DNA from: an uncultured Eubacteriales bacterium
Lineage (GTDB): Bacteria; Bacillota; Sulfobacillia; Fermentithermobacillales; Fermentithermobacillaceae
DNA: 32,426 nucleotides
Assembly: GCA_964414105.1 (NCBI GenBank)
Contig: CAYPVF010000005.1
Span: 1-32,426 of the forward strand
Direction of reading: 5' to 3'
The notes below the pieces were generated by a model. It saw nothing but the letters and a program-made list of their open reading frames with translations, searched no databases and was not told the DNA's origin. Below, one piece after another: positions 1 to 9,908 of the stretch (position 1 is its first letter; the number at the start of each line of letters is the position of its first letter). Both the position numbers and the translations under genes were made by a program.

Positions 1-29
1 CCCGAAGTGATCACTATTGCCTGGTTCAA
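1..29 (-). CDS. minD: Septum site-determining ATPase MinD, 5' end only (runs off the left edge)
   Basis: Minus-strand reading TTG AAC CAG GCA ATA GTG ATC ACT TCG GG gives (M)NQAIVITSG. This is the typical MinD N-terminus just before the KGGVGKT Walker A. The TTG start overlaps the minC stop (TTGA). Position directly after minC fits. Confidence 0.6.
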
Positions 30-766
30 CGCTCTCCCTCCCATCGAGTTCCCTCAAGCGCTTCAACTATAATCATACCGTCTTTTAATCTTGCTACCTC
101 TGGTTCTTTCGCTGAAGAATCACTGTTTTCGGGAGGACGCCCGATTATGTCCGCGATCCTAAGCTGTGTTGGAGCTAAACGAAAAGCTATCACCGAAACG
201 TCTATATCGCCGTTGGCCCCGGCGTGGGCCAGGCCCCTTAAGGCCCCCATGACGGCGATGTCGCCTGTAGCACGTATTTCAGCGCCGGGATTGACGTCGC
301 CGATCACTACGACATTGCCATGGTGGTCAATTCTTTGGCCTGATCTCAAAGTCCCCCTATGAAGCAGTGTCTCTTGGACGCCGGAGTCCGGATGGCTAAG
401 AGGACGCGTTTCAGGAACTTTTGGAAGAACGGCGGCCGGTTCAGGAATCCCTTTACGAATCTTGTCCTTTACAACAGGCGCTTGGTAATCACCGTGTACC
501 AACTTTTTCAGGCGCAAACCTGAAGGCGAAGCCAGAATGTGCTGAATATCCAGCACCTCATCGATAGACAATTGTCGCGTCCCCACATCCAATATAACGT
601 CAGAGCTTTGAAAAAAGCATTCCGCCTGAAGCAGACGCTCTTTCAGCTTTTCTTTTAAAACATCCAATTCCTGAGTATCGTTAAGAGTAATATACAGCCC
701 GTCTTTTACACCTTTAAACACAACGTCTTGCCTTACTGACAAAATTCCACCCCCGCCTAACTTCAC
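26..766 (-). CDS. minC: Septum site-determining protein MinC
   Basis: 246-aa ORF. The C-terminal beta-helix region (RSGQRIDHHGNVVVIGDVNPGAEIRATGDIAVMGALRGLAHAGANGD...QLRIADI) matches the MinC C-domain pattern. Sits in a mreBCD-pbp2-minCD context. Confidence 0.85.
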   Translation of the reverse strand: MKLGGGGILSVRQDVVFKGVKDGLYITLNDTQELDVLKEKLKERLLQAECFFQSSDVILDVGTRQLSIDEVLDIQHILASPSGLRLKKLVHGDYQAPVVKDKIRKGIPEPAAVLPKVPETRPLSHPDSGVQETLLHRGTLRSGQRIDHHGNVVVIGDVNPGAEIRATGDIAVMGALRGLAHAGANGDIDVSVIAFRLAPTQLRIADIIGRPPENSDSSAKEPEVARLKDGMIIVEALEGTRWEGER

Positions 767-2631
767 TCTCCGCTTCGCAGTACATCTTCTTTCAACAAAA
801 GATAGGCGTCAAAAATCTCTCTGGCAACAGGAGCCGCCACACCCGAACCCGAACCGCCTTGTTCCACCACTACGGCTACGGCAATTTCCGGATCTTCGCT
901 GGGCCCGAACCCCACAAACCACGCGTGACTTTGCCCGGTGGGATTTTCCGCGGTCCCCGTCTTCCCGGCTACCTGCATTGGCAGCCCATAAAACGCCCAA
1001 TACGCTGTACCGTTAATATGTGACGTGACTTCAATCATACCTTGTTTAACCGTATCCAGCACGCTTTCGTCTACATCCAAAACGCCTAGCACCTCGGCTG
1101 GGAACTCCTCCACAACCTCACCCGCGGAATTTGTGATGTAGCTTGCCAACCGGGGCCTCATCCGCACCCCGCCGTTGGCCAAGGTTTGCGCCACCGACGC
1201 CATCTGCATTGGGGTATCCAAGTGAAACACCTGTCCCATGGCAGCCATCATGTGCTCGGAGTATAAAAACTCAGGCTGCGCCACCCTACCGTCTTCATAG
1301 GCCGCGGCCTTCCAGGCGGAACTTGGCACGGTGCCGTAATACTCTCCCAAAAGATCGATTCCGGTTGTAGAACCCAGCCCCATTGCGGCCCCGTACTTGG
1401 CGATGGAATCAACCCCCAAACGCCTGCCCATCTCATAAAAGTACACGTTGCACGAAACAGCCAAGGCTTCAACCATGTCAACCGAACCGTGGCCCCCTGC
1501 CTTATTGCATGGCAACGAGGGCACCAAAGGATGGTACCCAGGACAGAAAAATGTCTCATTGGGGGTGACTTTTCCCTCCGCCAAAGCCGCCACGGCAGTG
1601 ACAATTTTGAAAACAGAACCGGGCGGGTACAAACCCGTCACCGCCAGGTTTGAGAATCTCCATAATCCTGTTGAAATATAGTCGTCAAAGTCTTTTTGGC
1701 TGATACCGGCCACAAGGCGGTTGGCGTCAAAACCGGGGTATTGAGCCATTGCCAAAACTCCTCCGGTTTTTGCATCCAATACTATGGCTACCCCGGCTTT
1801 AGCCGTTGCGCTAGAATCTACGGTGGATTTGAGGGCCATTTCCGCGGCTTCCTGCAATCCGGTATCCAAATTGAGATGAACGTCGTTACCCGATTCGGGA
1901 TCAATACCGGGCCCGACATTGCCGGTCGGACGGCCCCTATGGTCCACTTCCACCTGGTAGCCGCCCTTTTTGCCTTTCAGAGTGGATTCGTAGAACCTTT
2001 CCAAGCCCTGCTGACCCACGGTATCGCCCATTTTGTATTCTGACCACACAGGGTCGCCCAACTGTTCGCCGGTTATTTCGCTAGCGTACCCCAGCACCAA
2101 AGACGCCACCGGGCCGTTAGGATAAAACCTAATTGGCTCCGATTCTATAAATACACCTGGAAGATCAGGCGCGTCTTCCACAATTGCCACATATTGTTCT
2201 GTGCTTATATCCTTTGCGATAGGTATAGGTTCAAAATAGCGGCCTGAATACCTGTCTACAGTGGCCTCAACTTTGGCCAAATCGATATCCAGAATATCGC
2301 ACAGACGGGGCAAGGTTTCATTAGCCTTGTCTTCATCCAAGAACCAATAGTAAACCGAAAACGACGGGCGCGTTGTCACCAAAATCGTGCCATCTTTGTC
2401 CACTATATTTCCGCGGGGTGCCGCGATAGGGGTGATCCTCATGTAGTTTTCCATTGAAATCGATCGGTAGTTTTCGCCCTGAACGACTTGAAGGTTCACA
2501 AGCTGTCCAACAAGCAGCGCAAAAACCAAAGCAAATATTATGATAAAAGTATCCCGCCTGGATTTCATTTCGGCCCAGGGTAGGTTTTGGCCTGTTACGT
2601 TATCCTCTTTACGATACAGGCTCACGCCCAA
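763..2631 (-). CDS. mrdA: Penicillin-binding protein 2 (elongation-specific peptidoglycan D,D-transpeptidase)
   Basis: 622 aa with an N-terminal TM segment. Has SxxK (GSVFKIV), SxN (VSCNVYF) and KTG (AGKTGTAE) motifs and lies directly after mreD. The start is uncertain: TTG at 2631, or GTG at 2625 overlapping the mreD stop (GTGA). Confidence 0.9.
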   Translation of the reverse strand: MGVSLYRKEDNVTGQNLPWAEMKSRRDTFIIIFALVFALLVGQLVNLQVVQGENYRSISMENYMRITPIAAPRGNIVDKDGTILVTTRPSFSVYYWFLDEDKANETLPRLCDILDIDLAKVEATVDRYSGRYFEPIPIAKDISTEQYVAIVEDAPDLPGVFIESEPIRFYPNGPVASLVLGYASEITGEQLGDPVWSEYKMGDTVGQQGLERFYESTLKGKKGGYQVEVDHRGRPTGNVGPGIDPESGNDVHLNLDTGLQEAAEMALKSTVDSSATAKAGVAIVLDAKTGGVLAMAQYPGFDANRLVAGISQKDFDDYISTGLWRFSNLAVTGLYPPGSVFKIVTAVAALAEGKVTPNETFFCPGYHPLVPSLPCNKAGGHGSVDMVEALAVSCNVYFYEMGRRLGVDSIAKYGAAMGLGSTTGIDLLGEYYGTVPSSAWKAAAYEDGRVAQPEFLYSEHMMAAMGQVFHLDTPMQMASVAQTLANGGVRMRPRLASYITNSAGEVVEEFPAEVLGVLDVDESVLDTVKQGMIEVTSHINGTAYWAFYGLPMQVAGKTGTAENPTGQSHAWFVGFGPSEDPEIAVAVVVEQGGSGSGVAAPVAREIFDAYLLLKEDVLRSGE

Positions 2632-3152
2632 AGCCCCCCTTCGCGGTGGGTTTTACCGGGCAAGATATTTGACAACAATTGGACCAGTTTTGTCATAATG
2701 GCGTTTATCGGTATCACTAACATCACTGACCAAAACAAAGTTCCAAGCAGCACGGTTTTGAAATACGACAAGCTAAACGATAAACCTAAGCCGCGTAGAA
2801 CCAAAAAAGCCGCCGCGTCGCCTGTAACAGAAGCGGCAAAAGCCAAAGCAAGCTTGGAAATAGCAGCGTCGGGGTTTAAGGCCTTTGAGCCCAAAGACAC
2901 GGTTCCCGCGGCTAAAGCCAAAGAAATCGCCCTTACCCCTAAAAACCTTTTTGCCGCAAGGTCTTCTAAAAGGCCCACAATAAAACCTAAGGGCATAGAA
3001 TCCCACATATCGCAAGTGAGACTCACAGATATGACCAGAAGCAATAGAAGATCGGGTTTCCGCCCACCCGGAAAAGCTACGAACTCAATCGCCTTAAAAA
3101 CCGGACTGAGCGCTACAGTCAAAATTACAGTTTGCCACTGTTTGCGTGTCAT
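2622..3152 (-). CDS. mreD: Rod shape-determining protein MreD
   Basis: 176-aa polytopic hydrophobic ORF between mreC and PBP2. Its start overlaps the mreC stop (ATGA). Confidence 0.75.
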   Translation of the reverse strand: MTRKQWQTVILTVALSPVFKAIEFVAFPGGRKPDLLLLLVISVSLTCDMWDSMPLGFIVGLLEDLAAKRFLGVRAISLALAAGTVSLGSKALNPDAAISKLALAFAASVTGDAAAFLVLRGLGLSFSLSYFKTVLLGTLFWSVMLVIPINAIMTKLVQLLSNILPGKTHREGGLWA

Positions 3153-3961
3153 CGCATCATCACCAATACTTCTTCCAAATGCTGAAGGTCGGCGGCAGGC
3201 CTGATAACGGCTTCTTTGACCAGACCAGGCCTCGGGATATACACAGATTGAACTTCTCCTACGAAAATCCCTGGGGGAAATTTGCTGCCTACACCGGAAG
3301 TCAGTACTTTGTCGCCTGGTTCAATGTCGGCGTCTTTGTTGAACAAACGCAACACCAAGTTTTCGGGGTCGCCGGTGCCCAACAAAACACCAAAATCCCG
3401 GGAGCGCTCCAGCATAACCCCTACACCGCTTTCAGGGTCGGTTATAAGAACCACAGTGGACATTTCCTTGTCAACAGACAATGTGCGACCCACAAGTCCG
3501 CTTCCCGATACCACCGGGGAATCTACCTCGACCCCGTCTTCCTCCCCCAAGGAAATCGCAACAGTGGAGAACCATTTTACAGGGTTTCGTCCGACAATTT
3601 CCGCCACCAGGTATTGTTCTTGAGAGCTTTCCTTGAACCCAAGAAGCTCCCTGTAAGCCGCGTTTTTTCGCCGGAGCTCCTCTACCAAGGCGCGCAAATG
3701 TTCCACCGTCTCGGTTTCTTGGGATAACCTTTTGTTCTCTTTTTCCAAGTCGGCTTTATCAGCAAGAAGAGCGGTCCAGGCATTCCATTTGGCCCCAATT
3801 TTGTCTGCGGTTTGAAATACAGGGCTGGATATTTTCAAGAACACGCTTTGCCATATACTGGGCCCGCTGCGGGTATTGCCCGCCAAACTCAAAAGGAAAA
3901 TGGAGGCGGCTACAAGTACCACAAGTGTGATCACTTTTTTATAAGGTAATTGCCGCCTCAC
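3149..3961 (-). CDS. mreC: Rod shape-determining protein MreC
   Basis: 270 aa: N-terminal TM, coiled-coil segment (EKENKRLSQETETVEHLRALVEELRRKN), then a beta-rich C-domain (GLVGRTLSV...VLTSG..FPPGI.VG.V). Lies immediately downstream of mreB. Confidence 0.85.
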   Translation of the reverse strand: MRRQLPYKKVITLVVLVAASIFLLSLAGNTRSGPSIWQSVFLKISSPVFQTADKIGAKWNAWTALLADKADLEKENKRLSQETETVEHLRALVEELRRKNAAYRELLGFKESSQEQYLVAEIVGRNPVKWFSTVAISLGEEDGVEVDSPVVSGSGLVGRTLSVDKEMSTVVLITDPESGVGVMLERSRDFGVLLGTGDPENLVLRLFNKDADIEPGDKVLTSGVGSKFPPGIFVGEVQSVYIPRPGLVKEAVIRPAADLQHLEEVLVMMR

Positions 3962-3985
3962 ACGATCCCATCCTTATATGAAGCG

Positions 3986-5029
3986 TTATTGCTTCGCCCT
4001 CCTGGACGAAGCAAGCACTTTTCTCAGCATAGGCTGGTCTTCGAGCATAATCCCGGTGCCTTTGGCCACAGCCTGCAAGGGATCGTCGATTATGTGTACG
4101 GGCATCCCCGTCTCCTGGGATATGAGTTTATCTAGCCCCATTAGGCAGGATCCCCCACCGGTCATAACTATCCCACGATCCATAATGTCCGCCGCAAGCT
4201 CCGGGGGCGTGCGTTCCAAAGTACCCTTGATTGCGTCGATGATTGCGCCCACAGGTTCAGATAACGCCTTTCGGATTTCCCTTGAATCCACGGTAATGGT
4301 TCGCGGAAGGCCCGTCACCAAATCCCTGCCTCTGATTTCGGCGCTTTGCTCTTCATCCAGCTCAAAAGCAGAGCCAATGGCAACTTTCACTTCCTCGGCG
4401 GTTCTTTCGCCAATAAGCAGATTGTAAGCTCGCTTAACATAACTGACCACAGAATCGTCAAGTTCATCGCCGCCAACCCTGATAGATCTCGAGGTAACTA
4501 TGCCCTCCAGGGAAATCACGGCTACTTCACAGGTGCCGCCGCCAATATCTACGACCATGTTTCCCGTAGGTTCGTTAACCGGCAATCCGGCTCCCACAGC
4601 CGCCGCCATGGGTTCCGGAACAGTCTCCGCGTCCCGCGCCCCCGCGGATTCGGCCGCGTCAATAACAGCTCTTCTTTCCACCTCGGTGCAGCCCGACGGG
4701 ACAGCCACCAAAACGAAAGGTTTTAGAATACGCCGCCTGTAAGCTTTGCGGATAAAATACCTCATCATAGCTTGGGTAATGTCAAAATCTGCAATGACTC
4801 CGTCTTTCATGGGCCGCACGGCAATTATGTTACCCGGGGTGCGTCCTATCATCAGTTTTGCTTCGGTGCCAACAGCAAGCACCTCTTTGGAATCAGCGTT
4901 TATGGCTACCACCGAAGGTTCCATCAACACGACTCCTTTGCCTCTGACGTGTACAAGAGTATTAGCCGTCCCCAGGTCTATGCCAATATCTTTACTTAGG
5001 TAGTTGTAGAGCCATTGCACCGTACCCAC
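3986..5029 (-). CDS. mreB: Actin-like rod shape-determining protein MreB
   Basis: 347 aa with actin-fold phosphate motifs ([44 protein letters not shown]). The exact start codon is not resolved. Confidence 0.95.
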   Translation of the reverse strand: MGTVQWLYNYLSKDIGIDLGTANTLVHVRGKGVVLMEPSVVAINADSKEVLAVGTEAKLMIGRTPGNIIAVRPMKDGVIADFDITQAMMRYFIRKAYRRRILKPFVLVAVPSGCTEVERRAVIDAAESAGARDAETVPEPMAAAVGAGLPVNEPTGNMVVDIGGGTCEVAVISLEGIVTSRSIRVGGDELDDSVVSYVKRAYNLLIGERTAEEVKVAIGSAFELDEEQSAEIRGRDLVTGLPRTITVDSREIRKALSEPVGAIIDAIKGTLERTPPELAADIMDRGIVMTGGGSCLMGLDKLISQETGMPVHIIDDPLQAVAKGTGIMLEDQPMLRKVLASSRRAKQ

Positions 5030-5053
5030 ACTCCTTTTTTGAATCGCGTCTCT

Positions 5054-5755
5054 CTAGAACCAGCCAGGAGACAGCTCTCTTATACTGACATAGCTCCCCT
5101 CGGCGACAACAACATGATCTAATACGTGTATGCCCAAAAGCCTACCCGCATCTATGAGCCTTTTGGTGACATTTATGTCTTCATCGCTGGGCGTTGGATC
5201 CCCGCTAGGATGATTGTGAACCAAAATGATGGCCTTAGCGCTTTTCTTTATGCAATTTTTAAATATCTCCCTGGGATGCACTATAGAAGCATCTAGACTT
5301 CCCACAGATATGAGCTCTTTGCCGGTAATCTGGTGTCTTGCGTTGAGCGTCAATATCCAAAAATGTTCTCTGTCCAATCCGTGGGCGTAATGCCGCACAT
5401 GCTCGTACACTTCTTTACCTTGCCGTACAGTAACCGGTTTACCTGTGCCAAGGCGCGGCCTTTGAAGCCTTTTGGCTATCTCTCCGGCCGCTTTAAGCCG
5501 GGCCACTTTTGCGGGGCCTATACCGGATATGGCTCTAATCTCGTCGTCAGTGGCTTGTGTGAGAAAACCCAAACCTGTTCCATAGTTTTTCTGACTGTCT
5601 GAAACCATACGCCACGCCAATTGGACCGCCGACTCTCCGGAACGTCCCGTGCCCACAAGTATGGCTATTATCTCGGCGTCACTCAATGCTTCAGCGCCCA
5701 GACGCGCCATCCTCTCCCGGGGCCTGTCCTGAACAGGCCAATCTTGAATTGTCAA
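5054..5755 (-). CDS. radC: RadC-like JAB/JAMM domain protein (UPF0758)
   Basis: 233 aa: N-terminal HhH-like DRPRERMARLGAEALSDAEIIAILVGTG and a C-terminal JAMM motif (ILVHNHPSGDPTPSDED). TTG start. The nearest GGAGG is about 21 nt upstream, so the start is uncertain. Confidence 0.85.
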   Translation of the reverse strand: MTIQDWPVQDRPRERMARLGAEALSDAEIIAILVGTGRSGESAVQLAWRMVSDSQKNYGTGLGFLTQATDDEIRAISGIGPAKVARLKAAGEIAKRLQRPRLGTGKPVTVRQGKEVYEHVRHYAHGLDREHFWILTLNARHQITGKELISVGSLDASIVHPREIFKNCIKKSAKAIILVHNHPSGDPTPSDEDINVTKRLIDAGRLLGIHVLDHVVVAEGSYVSIRELSPGWF

Positions 5756-5828
5756 ATGCTCTGAAGTTATGTTTGACTCCTCCTTCTACGGGCGCCCTTC
5801 GCAGCTTTTGCCCCCTGTAGGGAATGGG

Positions 5829-6416
5829 TCAACGCATAAGATCGTTAAGTTTTAATTCTGAACGTTTCAAAAGATCGTAAGTTTTAGGTAAAGGCAGGCC
5901 AATGACGCTTGAATAGTCTCCTACAACCCGACTTACGAAAAAAGCGCCCAAGCCTTGTAACCCGTAAGCGCCGGCTTTATCCATAGGTTCTTTTGTCCCC
6001 ACATACCATTCCACTTCACGGTCACAAAGCCTTTTGAAGGTGACATCGGTGCAATCCCAATCGGATAGCGCCCGGGAAGTTTTTGGGTCGTACAACACTA
6101 CCCCCGTGTACACCTGGTGAGTTCTGCCTGACAAACGCCTTAACATGGATTTTGCCTCTGCGGCGTCTTGCGGCTTTCCCAAAATGTGGCCATCGATGCT
6201 AACCACTGTGTCCGCACCCAATATATAGTCCTTGGGATACCTTTGGGACACGGCGTCTACTTTCTGCCGAGCCAAGCACACAACCATAGTCCCCGGGTCG
6301 CCTGCCGTTTCCACAAAGGCCTCATCGATCCCCGAAGGCACCACCAAAGGTTCGATCCCAACAGATCGAAGCAAATCTTTTCGTCTGGCCGACTCTGAAG
6401 CTAAAATGAGCCTCAC
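5829..6416 (-). CDS. maf: Maf-like nucleoside triphosphate pyrophosphatase
   Basis: 195 aa with LILASESARRKDLL at the N-terminus, plus GADTVV and GAYGLQG motifs typical of Maf/YhdE. In a maf-radC-mreB context. Confidence 0.9.
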   Translation of the reverse strand: MRLILASESARRKDLLRSVGIEPLVVPSGIDEAFVETAGDPGTMVVCLARQKVDAVSQRYPKDYILGADTVVSIDGHILGKPQDAAEAKSMLRRLSGRTHQVYTGVVLYDPKTSRALSDWDCTDVTFKRLCDREVEWYVGTKEPMDKAGAYGLQGLGAFFVSRVVGDYSSVIGLPLPKTYDLLKRSELKLNDLMR

Positions 6417-6423
6417 AGATTTT

Positions 6424-6669
6424 TCACCGTCCGAGCAGTAAAATCAACAATAAAACAACAATTCCGCCCGCCAAGTTCAAATGCAACGTAAATCCAAGAG
6501 AAAATGCCATTACGTTCAAGTCCAGAACGAAAGGCGGATCGATCCCAACAGTGAAGCCTTGTGCCAATACGGGGGCTATACCCGATAGTACCTGGCCAAT
6601 TATGCTGCCTACTATAGCGCCGGCCATAAGAGCCACGAAAAACAACCACGTTCGAGTCTGCTTTCTCAT
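6424..6669 (-). CDS. Small integral membrane protein, DUF4321-like
   Basis: 81-aa, two-TM hydrophobic ORF just upstream of maf, a position where DUF4321 proteins occur in Clostridia. Preferred over the overlapping 6413..6679 frame, which is not membrane-like. Confidence 0.55.
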   Translation of the reverse strand: MRKQTRTWLFFVALMAGAIVGSIIGQVLSGIAPVLAQGFTVGIDPPFVLDLNVMAFSLGFTLHLNLAGGIVVLLLILLLGR

Positions 6670-6751
6670 AGGACGTCACTCCAGATTATACCAATCTACC
6701 GTTCCTCTATCCACCCATTTCTATACGGAACAAACGCCTCTAACTGCAATA

Positions 6752-7798
6752 CTATTGGAACACGAAATCGTCCACAAGACCCTGGAGTATCATATTTCCG
6801 TCCTCAACGACATATATAACGCCCAGGTTTTCAAATTTCGTCAATATCTCCTCACCGGCGTCAGGGCCCAAAACAAAAAGCGATGTAGACAAGGCATCCG
6901 CATCTGTTGACGAAGGCAGAAACACTGCAGTTCCATGGATTCCCCTTACAGGATATCCTGTTTTTGGGTCTATAATATGATGATATTTTACACCATCTTC
7001 CACGAAAAACCTTTGGTAATCGCCGGATCCCACAATGGCAAGATTCTTTGACGGCATAACCCCGATGAAATCCTCAGGGTTTGAAGGATCTGTTACCGCA
7101 ACCCGCCACAGGCTGCCGTCGGGTTTGGTACCGGAAGTAAGCGTGTTGCCGCCGGCATTTATGAGAAACGAAGACACGTTTTTGTCTCGCATCACCTGGG
7201 CCATTTTATCCACCGCGTAACCTTTGGCGATGCCGCCCAGATCCAACCCCATCCCATATTCGCTGACAAACACTGTGCCATCATCGCTGTTTACGTATAT
7301 TTTTTTGTAATCTACAAGTTTTAAAGCGTCTTGAAGCTCAGCGGGTTTCGGTACACTTGCCGCAGGTGTGCCGAAACCCCATAAGGACATCACCGGTAAA
7401 ATGGTGGGATCAAAAGCTCCGTCTGTAATTTGGGCAAAGTACAGGGCTCTTTCTACGACATACATGGTATCCGGGGAGACTTCAACCGGGTCAATCCCCG
7501 CATTCTGGTTTACCGCCCATATTTCAGATCCAGAATCATGGGCACTCAAAAGAGCATCCAGCCTTTTAATTTCCTCAAAAGCCGCGTCAACAGCCGCTTC
7601 GGCATCACGCCCATAGGCCTTGATTGTAACGTCGGTATCCATAATGCCGTAGCTGGTCTTTTCCACCAAACGTCTGCTTTGAAAAGAAGAGCAGCCAACA
7701 CACGCCGCTGCCGCAAGGCAGAGCACCATGAACTGGAAAAGGCTTCGAGTTTTCAGTGTGGTCACCCCCTTAAAAGAAGCATATCCGCTGGATGTCAT
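6752..7798 (-). CDS. apbE: FAD:protein FMN transferase (ApbE family), probably exported
   Basis: 348 aa with an N-terminal hydrophobic signal ending in CVGCSS. Has ApbE motifs (AFDPT, LGGIAKGYAVDK, GDYQRFF..G..YHHIIDPKTG). Lies immediately downstream of rnfB. Confidence 0.85.
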   Translation of the reverse strand: MTSSGYASFKGVTTLKTRSLFQFMVLCLAAAACVGCSSFQSRRLVEKTSYGIMDTDVTIKAYGRDAEAAVDAAFEEIKRLDALLSAHDSGSEIWAVNQNAGIDPVEVSPDTMYVVERALYFAQITDGAFDPTILPVMSLWGFGTPAASVPKPAELQDALKLVDYKKIYVNSDDGTVFVSEYGMGLDLGGIAKGYAVDKMAQVMRDKNVSSFLINAGGNTLTSGTKPDGSLWRVAVTDPSNPEDFIGVMPSKNLAIVGSGDYQRFFVEDGVKYHHIIDPKTGYPVRGIHGTAVFLPSSTDADALSTSLFVLGPDAGEEILTKFENLGVIYVVEDGNMILQGLVDDFVFQ

Positions 7799-7843
7799 AT
7801 CACCCAGCGGATTATTTTGGCGCTTTAAGTAAAAATCCCCTCT

Positions 7844-8647
7844 TTAAGCCACATCAACCTTTTTCTTGGGAAATGATATGGTACCTACGGGGCATTTGGT
7901 TGAACATATACCGCAATTGGTGCAAACCGTATAGTCGATTTTTGCCAAGGTCCCTTTATCCATGACGATACAGTTCTCGGGGCAAGCTCTGACGCACGCG
8001 CTGCACGCAATGCACCCGGCTTTATTGTGCTTCCTTACTACAGGGCCCCTTTCGTAAGAACGGCAAAGCACATGAACCTCTTGATCGATAGGCGCAAGGC
8101 CTATCACACCACGGGGGCAAGCTGCGACACAAATACCGCACCCTGTGCATTTTTCAACGTCAACCACAGGCAAACCGTTGTCAGCCATAGTAATAGCCCC
8201 AAAAGGACACGCGCGCGCGCACGTACCGAGGCCAAGACAACCGAAAGTGCATTGCTTGTCACCGCCAAGCATGTTCAGTGCCTGACACTCGGTTACACCG
8301 TAATACTCCGCGGTTTTCTCCGCATTCGTATTGTCTCCCTGGCAATAAATAACCGCCACTTGAGGCACAACTGCTTCCGCGCCCACTCCCATGATTTCGG
8401 ATATTCTCTCGGCCACGGGGTTACCGCCAACAGGGCAAGCGTTTACTGCGGCGCGGCCCTGGCAAATAGCGGCGGCCAGCCCGGAACAACCGGGGAAACC
8501 GCACCCGCCGCAATTGGCGCCGGGCAGGCATGCCAAAATTTCCGCAATTTTCGGATCTTCTTCTACCTTGAATTTTTTAGCAGCTAAAGCTAACAGGACA
8601 CCAATTGCGAGCCCCGACGCGCCAAGAAATACGGTAGCTTGAACCAC
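7844..8647 (-). CDS. rnfB: Rnf complex subunit B (polyferredoxin)
   Basis: 267 aa with an N-terminal TM helix. The CLPGANCGGCGFPGCSGLA cluster motif is followed by several CxxCxxCxxxCP ferredoxin motifs. Confidence 0.85.
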   Translation of the reverse strand: MVQATVFLGASGLAIGVLLALAAKKFKVEEDPKIAEILACLPGANCGGCGFPGCSGLAAAICQGRAAVNACPVGGNPVAERISEIMGVGAEAVVPQVAVIYCQGDNTNAEKTAEYYGVTECQALNMLGGDKQCTFGCLGLGTCARACPFGAITMADNGLPVVDVEKCTGCGICVAACPRGVIGLAPIDQEVHVLCRSYERGPVVRKHNKAGCIACSACVRACPENCIVMDKGTLAKIDYTVCTNCGICSTKCPVGTISFPKKKVDVA

Positions 8648-8659
8648 AGCAGATCACCT

Positions 8660-9253
8660 CTATTTGAACAAGCTCGAAAACAGGTTCTGGAAACCCAGAA
8701 ACGCTAAAGACATTAGGCAAGTTGATACCAAAGCCAAAGGAAAGCCTTTAAGCGCCTTGGGAATATCCATGTATTTCCACCGTTCTCTGATACCCGCAAA
8801 AATGAGAATAGCCAAACTCCACCCAAGGGCACCCGCCAACCCGTTGAAAGCGCTCATGAGCACCCCGTAGCTCTTACCGGCGTTAATCAAAGCCGCCCCC
8901 AGCACTGCGCAGTTGGTGGTTATAAGAGGCAAATAAATGCCCAAAGATTTGTACAAACCGGGAGCCACTTTCTTGAGGAAAATCTCCACAAGCTGCACAA
9001 ATCCTGCGATTACCAAAATATATACAATAGTCCTCATGTACTCTAGGTGCAGGGGCAACAGCACAAAAGTTTCAAAAGCCGAGGCCACCGCGGAAGCAAG
9101 AGTCATTACAAATACAACCGCTCCCGACATGCCCAGGGCCGTCTCCATCTGCTCCGACAAACCCAAGAACGGACAGAGCCCGAGATACTGCATAAACACC
9201 ATGTTGGAGATTAGTACTCCCCCCAACAAAATAGAAACCAATTCCACGGTCAT
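8660..9253 (-). CDS. rnfA: Rnf complex subunit A
   Basis: 197-aa six-TM protein of the RnfA/NqrE type (LGLCPFLG, ITTNCAVLG). Confidence 0.85.
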   Translation of the reverse strand: MTVELVSILLGGVLISNMVFMQYLGLCPFLGLSEQMETALGMSGAVVFVMTLASAVASAFETFVLLPLHLEYMRTIVYILVIAGFVQLVEIFLKKVAPGLYKSLGIYLPLITTNCAVLGAALINAGKSYGVLMSAFNGLAGALGWSLAILIFAGIRERWKYMDIPKALKGFPLALVSTCLMSLAFLGFQNLFSSLFK

Positions 9254-9271
9254 CCCTCCATCCTAAATGGC

Positions 9272-9901
9272 CTAGGCCACGCGTTTTGCTTTTTCGGAAC
9301 GTTGGATGAAAATATTCAAAACCGCCATCAAAACCCCCAAAGTCATGAACCCTCCGGGTGGGGTTAGCATTACTACCAAAGGCTCAAATAGCGGAACACT
9401 GGGGAACACCCCAGAACCCAAAGCTATTTGTCCTGTTCCGAAGAACTCCCTTATAGCTCCAATTACCATCAGGTTCATGGTGTTTGCCGCTCCGATACCA
9501 AGTCCGTCCATGAGTGATCTCGCTACGGACTCTCTGTAAGCAAAGGCTTCCGCCCTACCTATTATGATACAGTTCACCACTATTAAAGGTACAAATATGC
9601 CAAGAACTTGGTACATATCACGCAGATAAGCTCTCATCAGAAGCTCGACAATGACAACGGGAGTCGCTATAAGTATGACAAATACCGGGATGCGAATCCC
9701 GTCAGGGATTACCTTCCTCAAAAGCGAGACAAACACGTTTGAAAACGTAAGCACAAAAATGACGGCCACGCCCATCCAAAACCCGTTAACCACAGAGGTG
9801 GTTACGGCTAATGTAGGACACATACCGATGACCAGTTTGAACGCCGGGTTTACTTCCACAAACCCTTTTGTAAATTCGCTAATAAGAGACCTTTTTTTCA
9901 C
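9272..9901 (-). CDS. rnfE: Rnf complex subunit E
   Basis: RnfE/NqrD-type membrane protein (NPAFKLVIGMCPTLAVTT, VVNCIIIGRAEAFA). The ORF track extends it to 9976. A GTG at 9901 sits 7 nt after GGAGGTGA, which contains the rnfD TGA stop, so I call 9901 as the start. Confidence 0.85.
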   Translation of the reverse strand: MKKRSLISEFTKGFVEVNPAFKLVIGMCPTLAVTTSVVNGFWMGVAVIFVLTFSNVFVSLLRKVIPDGIRIPVFVILIATPVVIVELLMRAYLRDMYQVLGIFVPLIVVNCIIIGRAEAFAYRESVARSLMDGLGIGAANTMNLMVIGAIREFFGTGQIALGSGVFPSVPLFEPLVVMLTPPGGFMTLGVLMAVLNIFIQRSEKAKRVA

Positions 9902-9908
9902 TACAGGC

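Noticed and set aside
6413-6679. 88-aa ORF overlapping the DUF4321-like gene in another frame
   Set aside because: Its translation is Arg/Trp/Gly-rich with no membrane or domain character. The 6424..6669 frame gives a coherent two-TM protein that fits the conserved position upstream of maf.
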